This document shows, one piece after another, positions 27,233 to 40,700 of a DNA stretch of 57,987 nucleotides. Within the stretch, counting starts at the first letter, position 1; each line of letters starts with the position of its first letter. The stretch is from a virus. Lineage: Duplodnaviria; Caudoviricetes. The stretch is from positions 1 to 57,987 of the IMG/VR virus record IMGVR_UViG_3300032265_000041; one strand, written 5' to 3'. The notes beneath the pieces are model-generated. The model was not told the DNA's origin. It ran no database searches and saw only the letters and a program-made list of their open reading frames with translations. The position numbers were made by a program, and so were the translations under genes.

Positions 27233-27862
27233 TTAAACTCCGCTAGTCAGGCTCTGAACACGCACAGTATAATCAATTTGGATCATTCTGTTTAGTGACT
27301 TTTGCACAGGATGGAAAATTACATGAGTCAATAAATCACCAAGACCTGCACCATCTAGACTATACCCTTTGAGTCCTAATTCGTCAAATACAAATGCACC
27401 GTCGGAATTTGTAGAATTATCAAATGCTGCTTGATTACTAGGTTCACTAAAATCCAACAAACAACTAACTAAAATATCAGTATAGGATGCGCCTGCAACG
27501 TGTCTAGTTTCCATAAAATTTCTAGAAGGATCTAAATCACTGGGCCGCTTGGCATCAACTGTTTTAACATACGTTTGGTTATATAGTTGAGCCGCAGTTC
27601 CAATAACGTTCGGAGTAAGATATGTAATAATACCTGTCTGATCTACCCGTGTCCCTCCGTTACCAAACACCATTTCTGCAATAGTGCCGTATCCCTGATT
27701 ACTAATACCACGAGCTAATGCAATACTAAAGTTTTCATAATGAATAGCATTACGTTTATCAATAAAAACTTCTTTAGTTTCGGGATCAAATATCTTAATG
27801 TGGCCCTGAACACTTACAGTTCCTTGTTCATTTGGCTTAGTGGTCGATGTTGTATTATTCAT
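27233..27862 (-). CDS. Virion structural (baseplate-associated) protein
   Basis: Location in the tail module; GHIKI, FGNGG, FDELGL and IDYTVR; TATAAATA immediately upstream. Confidence 0.6.
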   Translation of the reverse strand: MNNTTSTTKPNEQGTVSVQGHIKIFDPETKEVFIDKRNAIHYENFSIALARGISNQGYGTIAEMVFGNGGTRVDQTGIITYLTPNVIGTAAQLYNQTYVKTVDAKRPSDLDPSRNFMETRHVAGASYTDILVSCLLDFSEPSNQAAFDNSTNSDGAFVFDELGLKGYSLDGAGLGDLLTHVIFHPVQKSLNRMIQIDYTVRVQSLTSGV

Positions 27863-27867
27863 AATGA

Positions 27868-27875
27868 TATTTATA
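27868..27875 (-). promoter_or_regulatory. T4-type late promoter TATAAATA
   Basis: Exact T4 late consensus on the minus strand, 5 nt before the ATG at 27862. Confidence 0.7.
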
Positions 27876-27880
27876 CTGTA

Positions 27881-28759
27881 TTAAAATGCGGATGTTGTAG
27901 ATCTGTGCCATAAATTAGTAGCAACACATATGTAAGTATATGTATTATCATATGATATATTTCCAACTACTCCTGTACTAGTGCTATGGAGAGGAACAGC
28001 TACTGAAACTATACCCGGACCGCTCGGACCGGATGGACCCGATACTCCAGTAAATCCTTGATTCCCTTGTGGTCCTTGTGGTCCTTGTGGTCCTTGAGCT
28101 CCGACTGGGCCGCTTGGTCCCAGAACACCAGCAGTACCCGATGCTCCGCTTGGACCAGATGGTCCTGCTGCCCCAGTTGGCCCTTGTGGTCCAGTTCCGC
28201 CCGGACCAGATGGTCCAATTGCTCCGCTTGGGCCAGTTGTCCCAGGTAAGCCATTCGGGCCTGACATACCTTGTGGGCCGGATGGGCCGGATGGACCGCT
28301 TGGGCCAGATGGACCAGATGATCCGTTTGGACCAGATGGACCTAGATTACCTGTTGTTCCTGGATTACCAATCGGGCCGCTTGGGCCGCTTGGTCCAACA
28401 CTTCCAACAGGTCCCGATGCTCCCGATGGTCCACTACCTCCGGTTGCACCAGATGGTCCCGATGGTCCAATACTGCCTGCTCCGCCAGGGCCAGATGGTC
28501 CACTTGGGCCAGTTCCGCCCGGGCCAGTTGGCCCCGATGCCCCCGATGGTCCACTTGGGCCAGTTCCGCCCGGGCCAGTTGGCCCCGAGTTTCCCTGCGG
28601 GCCGCTCGGCCCAGTAGGTCCCGCAGAACTGATAATATTCAACTGATTAGATAATTGTTGAAAAGACAACCGTTTTGCTAATCTGTTATCAGACACTATG
28701 AAATAAGTTTCGCTAGTGCTGTTAGTGGATAATATCGGTAATTGGTTAATATTTGGCAT
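27881..28759 (-). CDS. Collagen-like (Gly-X-Y) fibre/decoration protein
   Basis: About 200 aa of GPS/GPT/GPQ triplets; locally GC-rich. Confidence 0.9.
   Translation of the reverse strand: MPNINQLPILSTNSTSETYFIVSDNRLAKRLSFQQLSNQLNIISSAGPTGPSGPQGNSGPTGPGGTGPSGPSGASGPTGPGGTGPSGPSGPGGAGSIGPSGPSGATGGSGPSGASGPVGSVGPSGPSGPIGNPGTTGNLGPSGPNGSSGPSGPSGPSGPSGPQGMSGPNGLPGTTGPSGAIGPSGPGGTGPQGPTGAAGPSGPSGASGTAGVLGPSGPVGAQGPQGPQGPQGNQGFTGVSGPSGPSGPGIVSVAVPLHSTSTGVVGNISYDNTYTYICVATNLWHRSTTSAF
28494..28588. repeat. 44-bp direct duplication (51-bp period) in the collagen gene
   Basis: GATGGTCCACTTGGGCCAGTTCCGCCCGGGCCAGTTGGCCCCGA at 28494 and 28545. Confidence 0.85.
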
Positions 28760-28772
28760 TTTTTAAAAATCC

Positions 28773-31700
28773 TTAATTTGACGTTAATGGGTTATTATTT
28801 TCGTCTAACAAAGGTGATCCATTTTCAGTAGTTAATGTGTTAACACTACGAGCGATGCGATCTCCTCCGTAGTAGTATTTATCGGGTAATTCTGCAGGTC
28901 TTTCTTGCAAGAATTTAGCCGGAAGTGTAGTACTATCCATGAGTGACACAGTTTTATTCGGATCAGTTAGCGGAAGGGCAATACCATTCCACTCTGTTGA
29001 TCTATCAAAACCCTTCTTAACAAGTGTTAATTTAATTCTGTCGTCAACTCCATTAGCAATATTTAACACTAACCTCTGATCAGCTGGTAGATAAAAAGAC
29101 AGCGGCCACGCTATCGTTATTTCTGCTGCAAATCCAATGCCCCATCCATTAAACATAGTGTTGTGACCAACACTAGTTACGGTATACTCATTACCATTAT
29201 TAGTTTGCATTATCCATCCGGGTTGTATTTGAGTTGTATAGGAATTTTCCACTATTACAAATCCCGATCCTATTAGCGGTTGATTACCGGTTACATCATT
29301 CCTAATAACAATTGGACCTTTTTTTAGAATAACAGTAATATCAAATTCTGGAGGTAGATAATTTAATCCTCTGTATACGTAACCATTTACTGCATCAGGT
29401 TCAACAGATCCGGTATATACCCAAACTTGATTTGTTGTAGTCACAATATATGATGTACCAATTATATTAGTATTTGGAATATCCTGTACAGTTGCAGTCG
29501 ATTCAATAGTTATATTTTTAGTATCGGGACTATCATAAGATAAAGTGGTATCATGAACAAATATTCCGTCTTTTCTTAATAATCGACCACCGTAAAATAC
29601 TTGTACTTGATCAACAGTACGAATTGGTAAACTAGTAAGCGGTGCAGTTTGTAATGCTATTCCATCACTAACAATAACATCAGTAGTGTTAGGTATTGTT
29701 ATTGTCTGTGTATTGAGATTAATAATGTATGTAGATGTATTAGCAGTTGTATAATGAACTTGTGTACTAATTGTTTCAGCAAATGGAATAGTTTGATCAG
29801 GACTCTGATCAATTACTTTAGTTCCGGCAATGTAATAAAGTCCGGGAGATGTACCCAATGTACCTCTTCGTAGCTGTCTTAAAACATTCTTATCTGCCTT
29901 CATAAATTCAATACGCTCGCCGTCAATAATAACAACGCCGGGAATATTTTTACTTATTAGAGGCGGAGTAAGTGCTGCAGAATCATCAACATATATTTCA
30001 GTATCAGTAAACGATAATGCACGAGTTAACTGTGTGGTATTTTCTTTAGACAATCGTTTAAAATGTGTTCGGTTAAACATATCGTTAAAGATTCGATAAC
30101 CTAAAACAGCAGTAGCTAATCGTTGATCAACCATGCTTCTAATAACAATAGAATCAGTAGATACTATAGGATTTGCATCGCTAATTTGTATTGTCATTTG
30201 ATCATCTAATATACCAAAATCTAATCCACTAGTTAATGGGGTTCCATTTAATTGTACCCAAACATAATTTATATTAGTTACCGGACGAGATATTTTAAAT
30301 CGTCTATTTGGATTTCCATCAAACCGTTCTGTCCTTATTACCATATCATCAGCATCATTATATGTAAGAACTTTAATTTCACCAGTAGATGTACTTAGGC
30401 TTAGATTTAATGTTGTTCCGACAATATCATATTCATAATCTTTATCAGCACCAGTTGGTAAATCTACAATTGCAATTACATCTCCAATCGATAGTCTTAC
30501 AGAAGATGTATCAATTGTTACAACTTTTCCAGAAACTGTAAAATCAAATCCAGCAGTTATTTTAATTCCGTTTCTATAAACACGAATTGTTTGGTCCGGA
30601 GGATAATGATTAAATGTTCCTTGATTATTAATTAAGAATACATTGTTAGTAGGTGATGTTACTTGATAGTAATCAATATGCGGAGGTATTAATTGTTTGC
30701 GTACCTGTGTGATAGGATCATAGTGCTCAACTATAGTTTCGGCAACAACTGGTTCTATGTTACCCGGACTGTGAGTAAGAGAGGTTGAAGTAGTAGATGT
30801 GTTAATAACAATAACCTGCTCACTAATCTCATTAAAGTAATCATGAAATGTTCCAAAGAACCAGGCTTGTGCAGTATTTACAAAACCATCAGGCAAATTA
30901 AATACCTTAACAGCAGCACGATGACTTGTTTCATCAACTGGTTCAAACTTATAATATATAGTACTCGAAGTTGTTATTGCAAGTCCATTAACTGTCACGT
31001 ATACACTCTTAACAGAATCAAAATCTGCTAAACTAACTACAGTGGCAGTTACATCTACCGTAGTTGTTATTGCATTGTCAATTACACCAATTTCGGTATA
31101 AGTATCGGAACGGCCGCCGCCGATACTAATAATAGTATATCCTAAATAACCACTAACAGATTGAGGACCTACTACAATTTCATTAGTTTCCCAATCAATA
31201 TAAAAGAACGGACTATCTAAAACAGTAGGAATATCTGTACTTATACTAAACATTCTACCATCAAATGAAACTGTAATATTATTATTGCTAGGTGGAACTA
31301 TTCCTAATTTTCTACGGGTAGTAACATTCGGTAAAATATCTACAGAGTGAGTAAACACCACAGGGGCACCGTGGAATGTTTTTGTATAAACATTTATTCC
31401 AATGCTATCAGATGCTTGTCCGGGTACAAATTCTTCCGGGGCATGACTGGTATTGGCTGTATAGAATCCATCACCGTCAATAATGATATCTTCGGGATTA
31501 ATACCTAATGCAAGATTGCGAGTTAATCCAGTCCAGCTCCCACCGGATATATTACTATCAAGAAGATTTGAATTTTCATCATATGTCCAGAACTCTATCT
31601 GATAAGTAGTATCGCTCGGATTTAATGCTTTGGACAGAGTAGAGTTAAATGCTACAGCCCTAGTAGACGTATGAACTTCTGTAACTATTACAGTTGAGGT

Positions 31701-34700
31701 GTTAAATCCATTGGTAGTAGTGCTAATAATATTAGCATGTTGACCCACCGTAATACCAGTAGTGGTATTTAATATAACAATATTATCACCCATAACAGCC
31801 GTAGCTGCTACTTTGGCTTTTGTATAATACCCAATATTATCAGCATATGCAAAAGTATCAAATGGATTTAAATCAGAGCCTTGCATCCATGCTAAAGTAC
31901 TGCCAAATGGCAACCCTTCGATTTGTGTTTTAGGATAATCAATACCGGTCATTAATTGACCCAAATCCATCCCCGGCATACTAGATGTTGCAGTATAGTA
32001 ATTTAAAATACGTTCAGTTGCATTAAACAATTCAACGCTCTTATGATAACTTACTTCTAACAATTGAGAATCAGTCGGAATATAATTTAAAAATATTAAC
32101 TTGCTGAATTTCTTTTCATAACCATTATACTCAGAAGTATAATACTGAATACTATAATCCGAACTCATTGCAACCCGACCGTCTACATACACATCAATCT
32201 TAAACTTGTCTTTCTCTGCTACCCAATTTAATACAAACTCATTAGTATAACCGTTACAAATAAATCTATCAACTACAATAGTGTCGCCAATTTGATTAGT
32301 ATCACTAATACGATCAAATTTCATACCAATTAAATTAGTACGAACTTTTCCATTAATTAGATTTGCATATGCAGTACCGTTAGTGCCCAATGTGCCGCCG
32401 ACTAATGTAATTATTGGAGATTTTGTATATCCGCTTCCGGGATTAGCAATTTTAATAGATGTTACTTCTCCAGATCCAATATATGCAACTGCGGTTGCAG
32501 TGGTTCCAACATCACCATCGGCATGAGTGATTTGCACCGCAGGAGCACTTGTATATTCAGATCCAGGGTTGCTAATTGAAATACTACCGATTGTATATTT
32601 GTAATTGTCTGCCCAAGCCTTCCAAGGATACGATGTTAGTTGACTGCTTTGTTCAAACATACCTGTAGATTTATTATATACAGACGGTAGATCAAAGTCA
32701 GATGTAAATGTTTGTGTCGGTTCAATCACTGTATGATTAGCAGTAAAACTACGAACAGTTGTATGATAAGGTTTAACCTCAGCTAGATATTGTTCATAAT
32801 AATCACTACTAGAGATCTTATATACAGGACGTTGATCCAATGTACCTGCATAATTAACAACAGTAATGAAAGATGTCTTAAATGCCCAATCTAATAATTT
32901 CTGTTCAGACAATGCATACTTAACGGCTTTGAAGAAGAACAGATTCCAATTGATCTTAAGATCGTTAACAAATATATTATCACGCAATGCCGCTAATATA
33001 TACTGAAGTTCGATATCGGGTGTTTGGTCAAATAGTGTTTGGTCAAACGTACTGCGTTGGTCAAATCCGTATGTACTTGCAGAAAGGTTCCAAATGGTAT
33101 CTAATATTTGTATTGTACCATTTTCACTATAAACAATATTGTAGTCGTTGCTAAAAGAACCATCAATAGCTGTCTTTTCTAGGATGATATAATTGCCCAA
33201 ACCACCATTCTTAACTTTAACATACTGTCCGTTAGTTAACGTTAATTCATTAACTTGGTAAACATCGTCAACAGTAGCAACATAGTCTAAAAAGGGATTG
33301 TAATCAGTGCTAGACCAATCTACATATTTCCAATATAAAGGAGTGTTGTACTGCTGAGTTCCTGTACGTGTCCATTGATCAGTGCTTAAATCATAAACAA
33401 ATTTAGACCACTTGCCATTAAACTGGGTATCAGCTATTACGATAACAGTATATTGACGTACTAACAAAGTAGGTGCTACAGTAAATCCAGAACCTGCATT
33501 AACAATAGTGGCAGAAATAACTCTACCCATACTGTCAATCTCTGTAGTAATTAATGCATCAGATTCAACATCATTAACAATTTTAACTGTTGGAGAAATC
33601 TTATATCCAAATCCGGAACTAATGATTTGTACACTGCGGATTCTTCCATTATCAATAGTACATGTTAATTTAGGTAATTCAAATAACCTAGTATTAATAA
33701 CCAATAATCCTTCATTGTCTTCTACTGTTTGATCGTATTCATGAGTATATGGACTAGGAATAGTATCTTGTTTGTTTAAATTTATAAAATCATAATTTCC
33801 AGAAATTCTATTCTTAATCAAAATATTGTTAGTAAATTCGACTAAATTTCTTAATGCTTCTAATCTATCTTTAAACAATGTTTGCTGAGGTCTGATACCA
33901 ATACCATAACGTGTTCTAGATGTTAATTTAGGATCAGGAACAGAATTTCCTAATTTATCATGACCTAATAAACTATCAAGCAATTTCTTTTCAAGTAAAG
34001 CGTTTGGTCTGCTGATTGCAGATCCTTCTTGTAACAATAACCATTCTGTATGTCGAAGTGTACTAGTTGCCGGATTATTTTTATTTGTAGAATCAGATGC
34101 AATGTTTAAATGTATTCTATCACCTACTAACATTGACCCAACATTAGCTAATGCCACTGAATCACTATCTAATATAGCGGCATACTTTAAACCATATACT
34201 GTGGGATCTGCAATCATAGAAGCAACTTGATATGCATTTGTTCTTCTGTTTGTCGAGTCAGGTACTGTAATTTTATTCTTAACCCAATAATAGTAACGAT
34301 TGCTAAATGAATTAGTTACAGAACTATAAACTTGTTTGACAGAAATAACACTGTTATCAGCAAATTTAGGTTGGCCACTAATGCCTTCTGTTAGACCGGC
34401 AGCAGTATCGGCAATAGAACTCCATTCGCTAGGAAGATATGACGAACCGACCCATTCATAAACATCAATAGTTGCTCCGGGGAATAGTTTGCCCCAATTA
34501 TTCTTTCTATATGATAAATCACTTTGCTCGTACCATTGATACTTAACAGTGCTTAAATCCCACCATAGTTCACCGACATGTTCATGCAACCAGTTAGTAT
34601 CTGTGTCATTTACTGTTCCTGCTATACCTATAGAATATACAGCAGGATCAAACGCTGATTTATATTTCAATTCTTGATCAGCAAGTCCTGCAATTTTTCC

Positions 34701-37700
34701 TTTTAAAGGATCAATGATATCTAAATAATCAACTACTTCTTCTGTGAAAGAATTAATCAATGTTACTTTCTGTATAGCATTGGTCATTATTAGACTATCT
34801 TGCTCTCTTAATACATTATAACCAAATACAGATTTATCAATCTTATTAAATTGATAGACCGCATTTGTAGTAGCGTTAGATGATTTAGCAGGTGCTCCAA
34901 CATATATAACATCATCATCTACTGCAATACTAGTACCGTAATAAGAACCTTCTACAATTACTTCGGTTTCTAAATCATCTGCTAATACATATCTAGTATG
35001 TCGTTTATGATAAACATACACAGTACCTATATTTTTAATTACCCCATAGAACGTTGTTGATTTAGCATCAAATGTAGATTCAGAAGTTGATTTTGTTTTA
35101 TCAAACGTAGTATGTAAAGATTTATTATCACCGATCGCAGAAATAATTAGTGTATTGTTATCGGTACTTATGTCAACATCGTGCCCAAATTTCATTCCAT
35201 CACCAGATATAGGATTAGATAAAATTGCATCTAATACAAATAATCCAGATGTTGCTGTATATATTGCAACTGCGCCAATTGATAAATCTTCATTTACATA
35301 AGTAGGAGCAGATATTGCCAAATACGACCCATCTCCGGATACAGTTACTTTTTCACCAAATCTACCTGTACGAGTTGTTAAGGTAAAGAATGGGGAAATT
35401 ATAGTCTGTAAAAATGTTACGTTAGTTCCTGTGAATATACTTACAAGTCCAATACCGTCTGAATAACCAGGAGCACCGATTGCTATTACGCCTGCATTAT
35501 CAGACCCACCGATACTATATCCCCATTGGCTACTAGTTGAAACTGTAGAAGTTGTAATTTTTTTAACATAATTGACACGAACTGTAGATGTCGTTGCATT
35601 TACGTTAAACGAATATACTGTCCCAGTCCCTGTTGTTAATGTACCAGGTGCTCCAACTAATAATAATTTTGTACTTGTATTTCGTTGTACATAAATTGAA
35701 GAGCCAAATCGTTGAAAGTTAGTTGCATCTGGGGCTCGTACCACCGCCTTAGTAGATGCTTCTAATATAGAGATATCGACACTACTAATTTTTACTATCC
35801 CTTGCTGAATTAAAGATGACGGAGTAGTTGTGCCTGGATTATATACGTGACTAACCCCGGGGGCTCCTACAAATATCAATCCATAATTAGTATTAGTAAA
35901 TGTTATATCATCATAAACAACACAACTACCAAACTCAGTAGCAGGTGTCGTGATATCATAATAAGGAGTTACATCATCATTTAAGAAATACGAGAATAAT
36001 CCTTGAGATTCTTTATCTATTTTTTTATATACAGCAACTTTACCAAAGATGCTACCATCGTTATATGCAGGTGATCCTATAACAAAAATGTCATTACCTT
36101 TTCGTTTGCTGATACTATAACCAAATTGTTCATGGTTAGTAGAGACAGAGGTAGCAATTGAACTATAGTTATTAACCTTTTCATATACCGCCCACGTCTC
36201 GGGCAAATACTTATTGCCAGCTTTTGATCTGTCAACAGTATCATTAATCCAAAATTTTGTATTATCAGGTAAGTTCAATAATTCGGTATCAGAAGGAAAA
36301 CTATCGTAATTAGACACTCGAGCAGATGTAAATTTAAACAATGCGCCCGGTTCAGGCAACTCAGCATTTGTTATAGATGCCAGTGTCGATGCTACTGTAA
36401 ATCTTGTTTTTAAAGGAACACCCGTAACTCGATAGACTCCATTAATTTGAGTGTTAAACTGAGATACAGACACAATATCACCTACTGATAAGTTATGGTT
36501 GATATTAGTTATAAATGTAATCTCAGCAGTCGGTGAACTAACAAATACTCCCGTAACCCCAACATCGGATCTGACGTATCTAACAACATCCCAACCACCA
36601 TTTGGTTTAAATCCTATCCATATAGTGTCGCCTTCGTTTATATTATTGTTATTAGCAATGTCTAACAAACTGTTTTCGTTATATGCTGTTGCAGTTACAT
36701 CATCTAATCTTACATAACCCGCAGTGACTAGCTTAAATTCAAAATCAATATCTGTCTCGACGGAGAATGTTGATGCAGGAGTATAATCTTCTGGAACAAT
36801 GATTCTATCGCTACTAGTGCTATAGTAAATTAAATCATTAGCAATTATAGGTTTAGAATCTACAAATTTAATAATTTGTGGATTTTCAATAAACCTGCCC
36901 TCTGCTAAAGGTACTTCTAATTCTTGATAAGTTTCATACGATCCATAATGACCGATACGAAATGCCCATTCTTCTGAATAGTCTAGTCTACCTTGCAAGT
37001 TATGGAGACTAGCTTTAGCTAGTTTAGTAATAGCATTACGGGTGCCTTTTTCTTTAATAAATCCTTGATAGAATTTATATTGAGCAATAGGATTTGTAAA
37101 AATATTATTTAGATATACTCGCGGTGTATAACCAGTTAAATGCTGTGCCATCTTTTGTTGGGCACTGTCAAAGTTATCAATATCCGAACTATAAAAATCT
37201 TCAAATTGATTGATCTTATAATCAAAGTTTGGTAATAACCCTGCAACTGGTTTTTCTCCCAACTTAGTCCACAATATAAAATCAAATTTAACAGAACCCA
37301 CTACATTCTTAATGGCCGAATAGTATTGGCTATTAAAGCGAACAATATCTCCATATTTGTAATCAGTGTATTGTGCCCAATCTGTTATCTGGGCGCTGTC
37401 GTATACAAAGCCAGGACTAAAATAATCACCGTTCCAATTTGCTGTACGGAATCCTGTTAACTTCATCCTGCGCTGACGATATCCGGTTTCAATGTCATAG
37501 ATAACATCTTTAAACACTGTTGCATTGTTAAAAACCATTGCGTGTTCTTTCTGAACAGAATGGATAGTAGCAAAATAAATGCCATCTGTGGAGTTTACTG
37601 TTTCAATTGTACAGATACCGTTATCTCTATTAACAGAAATATTATTTTGAGGGAATGAAATGCCATCAGCCTTTAATAAACTATATTCATAAAAACTATC

Positions 37701-40700
37701 AAATATATTATCTACTACCGTATTAATAAAATTATATTTTATCTTTTCTGCAAATGGACTTAGCGTTATTACGCTTTGATTGGCCCAATTTTGTGTGGTC
37801 CAGTACAAGAATTCTTTGGCCGAGAATGACCAATTGATCGCGGAATTAAGTTCAGTATTGTAGTCATCAAAAATAAATCCCTGATCTGTTAACCATTCCC
37901 CATAACCTATAATCAAGTCATATACTTCTTGTATTGTAGAAAATTCTGTCTTATACGGAATTTGTGTAACTTCAGTTTCAAATTTAATAGCTGTCTGCAC
38001 AACTGCACCACCGGTAATAGGCAATGATGGTAAAATTTGGAAATACGATACATTAAATACTGAACTACTTTGGTGACTAACTGTTACTCTATAAAAATTA
38101 TTACCATAAGAAACAAACTGTCCTACTTGATAAAATTTACCAGTAGTAGCAGAGACTGCTGTAGTAGTATCTGCTGCACTAAGATTAGTTGCTCCTGCAG
38201 ACGATCCACTACTCCATATTACATAAGGTGCAGAAACTCCACCAACTGTTATAGTAGGAGTATTAGAATTTCTAATAGGTGTATAAACATTAAAATAAGG
38301 ATTAACAGTGTCATACCCCTGTACTGCATATTTGTCGTTTATTTTTTGTACAACTAAACCAGATATGCTTGCAGATTTTACAGGATTACTAGTGTTTAAA
38401 ATTAAATTGTAATCTTCTTGAGGCAACAATGCACCCGGACTTGTACTATTAGGTTCGTATGCATCGATAACAATTTGCAATTTATCTTTGCTAACAAACC
38501 CGCCAACTTTATAAAATAAGTTAAAATCAATGTAGATCAAATCTTGTCTTAATTGATCAACATATTTTGTAGATCGTTGTTGACCTATTTCAGATATATA
38601 AACGCTATAACCGCTGGTTTGTGTTTTATTAGCATCGTCGTGAATGTTAACTGCGGTAATATTTAAAAATTCTCCAGCAGTTCCATATGTCCATTGTCCC
38701 GCAGCATTTTTAATTATTCTGCTAGGGTCATACATTAGAGATGCATAGACAGCAGGCTTTGTTAGTGCTAACAATTTTTGTACAACGAACGGCCAATAAC
38801 TGCTACGGCGCCATGCTGTTTCTGCAGGTCCTTGATCACCAAATTTCCATCCTTGCCTCTTATTATATGCGGTAATATTGTTTACTAAACGCACAGATGG
38901 TGTTACTAAATTGCCGGCTGTGTTAACTGGCAACATAGATAATAGACCAGGTCGAGCATAAACAGGATTACTACTGTTATTGTGGCGATTAAAGCCGTTT
39001 GATAAATCAGTCCATAATTGAGTGTTAGTAGATAGGTAAGGGGCATCACCGTATTCTGCAGACCACCATGTCGGTTCTTCTGTAAATCCTAACATTTCCC
39101 AAGGATGAGTATGGGGACGATCGGTATCGTAGAAATATTTAAATACACCTCTCCAATATCCCGGAACATACGTTGAACGGGCTGCATTATAGCTACCTGT
39201 ATAATTCCATGTAAAAGGGTTAGCGTCATTAAACGAATTATTAGTAGTATAATCTATACCGTAAAATCCAGACCATTTTATAAATTCGCCTTGTAGGATA
39301 GAATTAATTTCAGTTACTGAATAATCGGTAGTTCTAAATGCACTAGGTATTATGCTGTTAACATCTATCAATTCTGGTCTGTATTCTGCTTTAATGTTAT
39401 TGTAAACACGCTTTTCAAATTCAATAATAATAGCATCTCTATAATCATTATAGGCTAGCATTATACTGCCATCATGTCCCTGGATAACATTTACAGGAGT
39501 AAGATATGTATTATCTTCAAATAAGCTAGGGATAAATTTTGGGAACAAACCTAATTTAGTAGGAGTAGCAGGTACAAAAGATCCTTCGGTACTATAATAA
39601 TCATCAACAACTAATATATCACCGGTTGTTAAAGATTTTAAAATTTGAATAGACGAATCGTTAGTTACAAATTTATAATCGCGATCTCGTAATATTTGTT
39701 CGCCATTTAAGTAAACAATAATAGAACGTAGGCTTAATGTAGTAAGACTAAAATCACTAACAATAGGATATACAGTATTACGAGAATCTGTTATAGTCCA
39801 TGTTCTAGTAGTTTTATCAGTACCGTATGCGATCATATCTGATAGATAGTACGGAGATAATAAATCTTTGTCTGCATTTATTTCTTTTAATGCTCTATCA
39901 AGACTTCCCACAGGATCAGTTTGTGTATCAATTTCGGAAATCTTTTTTAAGAACGACAACTTAAATTGATTATATTGATCAGCTGATTTAGTTAATGCAT
40001 CAATTACACTGTGTTCTTTCTTACCAATAAAGAAGTTTGCAAATGCTAATGGGTTAGCATTAGATACTAATCTGTTACCATAATAGGCAATATTAGAAAT
40101 ATCTCTTAAATTACTAACGCCAGGATACTTACCAATAAATTTTGGAGATTTAATTATAGCAGTATGTAAATGATCGCTTAACTCACTTAATGTTAGAGAA
40201 GTAATAGGGCCATTTAATGGATTGTTAGTTAACGATAAAGGTAGTTCATAATATCCATTATCATTTGCAGTACGATTTGTATAAATGTTTATTAGTACGT
40301 TGTCGTCAATTGTCAATGATGGATTATTAAAATAGATTTTACCAAGGTGTGGAGGAAATTCGTAATTAGAAGTGAAAACATTATTAACAAATACTTCTAT
40401 TTTCAAAGAATCCGTGGCAGGCAAATCAATAACATCAATTACAATAGTAGAAGTAGTGGATTCTGTAACTGTTAGAGATTGAATAATAGGGATTTGATAA
40501 GGTGCAGAAGTTATCCAAACGTTCCCATATGTACCATCATTTACAAATTTAAAATATGTATCACCGGTTGAAATCGTATTAACTGAATTATTAGATTGTG
40601 CAATTTCAATTGTGTCTGCCATGAAATAATTCTTGAATAGGAAACTTCCAACACCTGAACTATTTTTATATTTTAAAGGAAATCCCAATACAGGATCATT

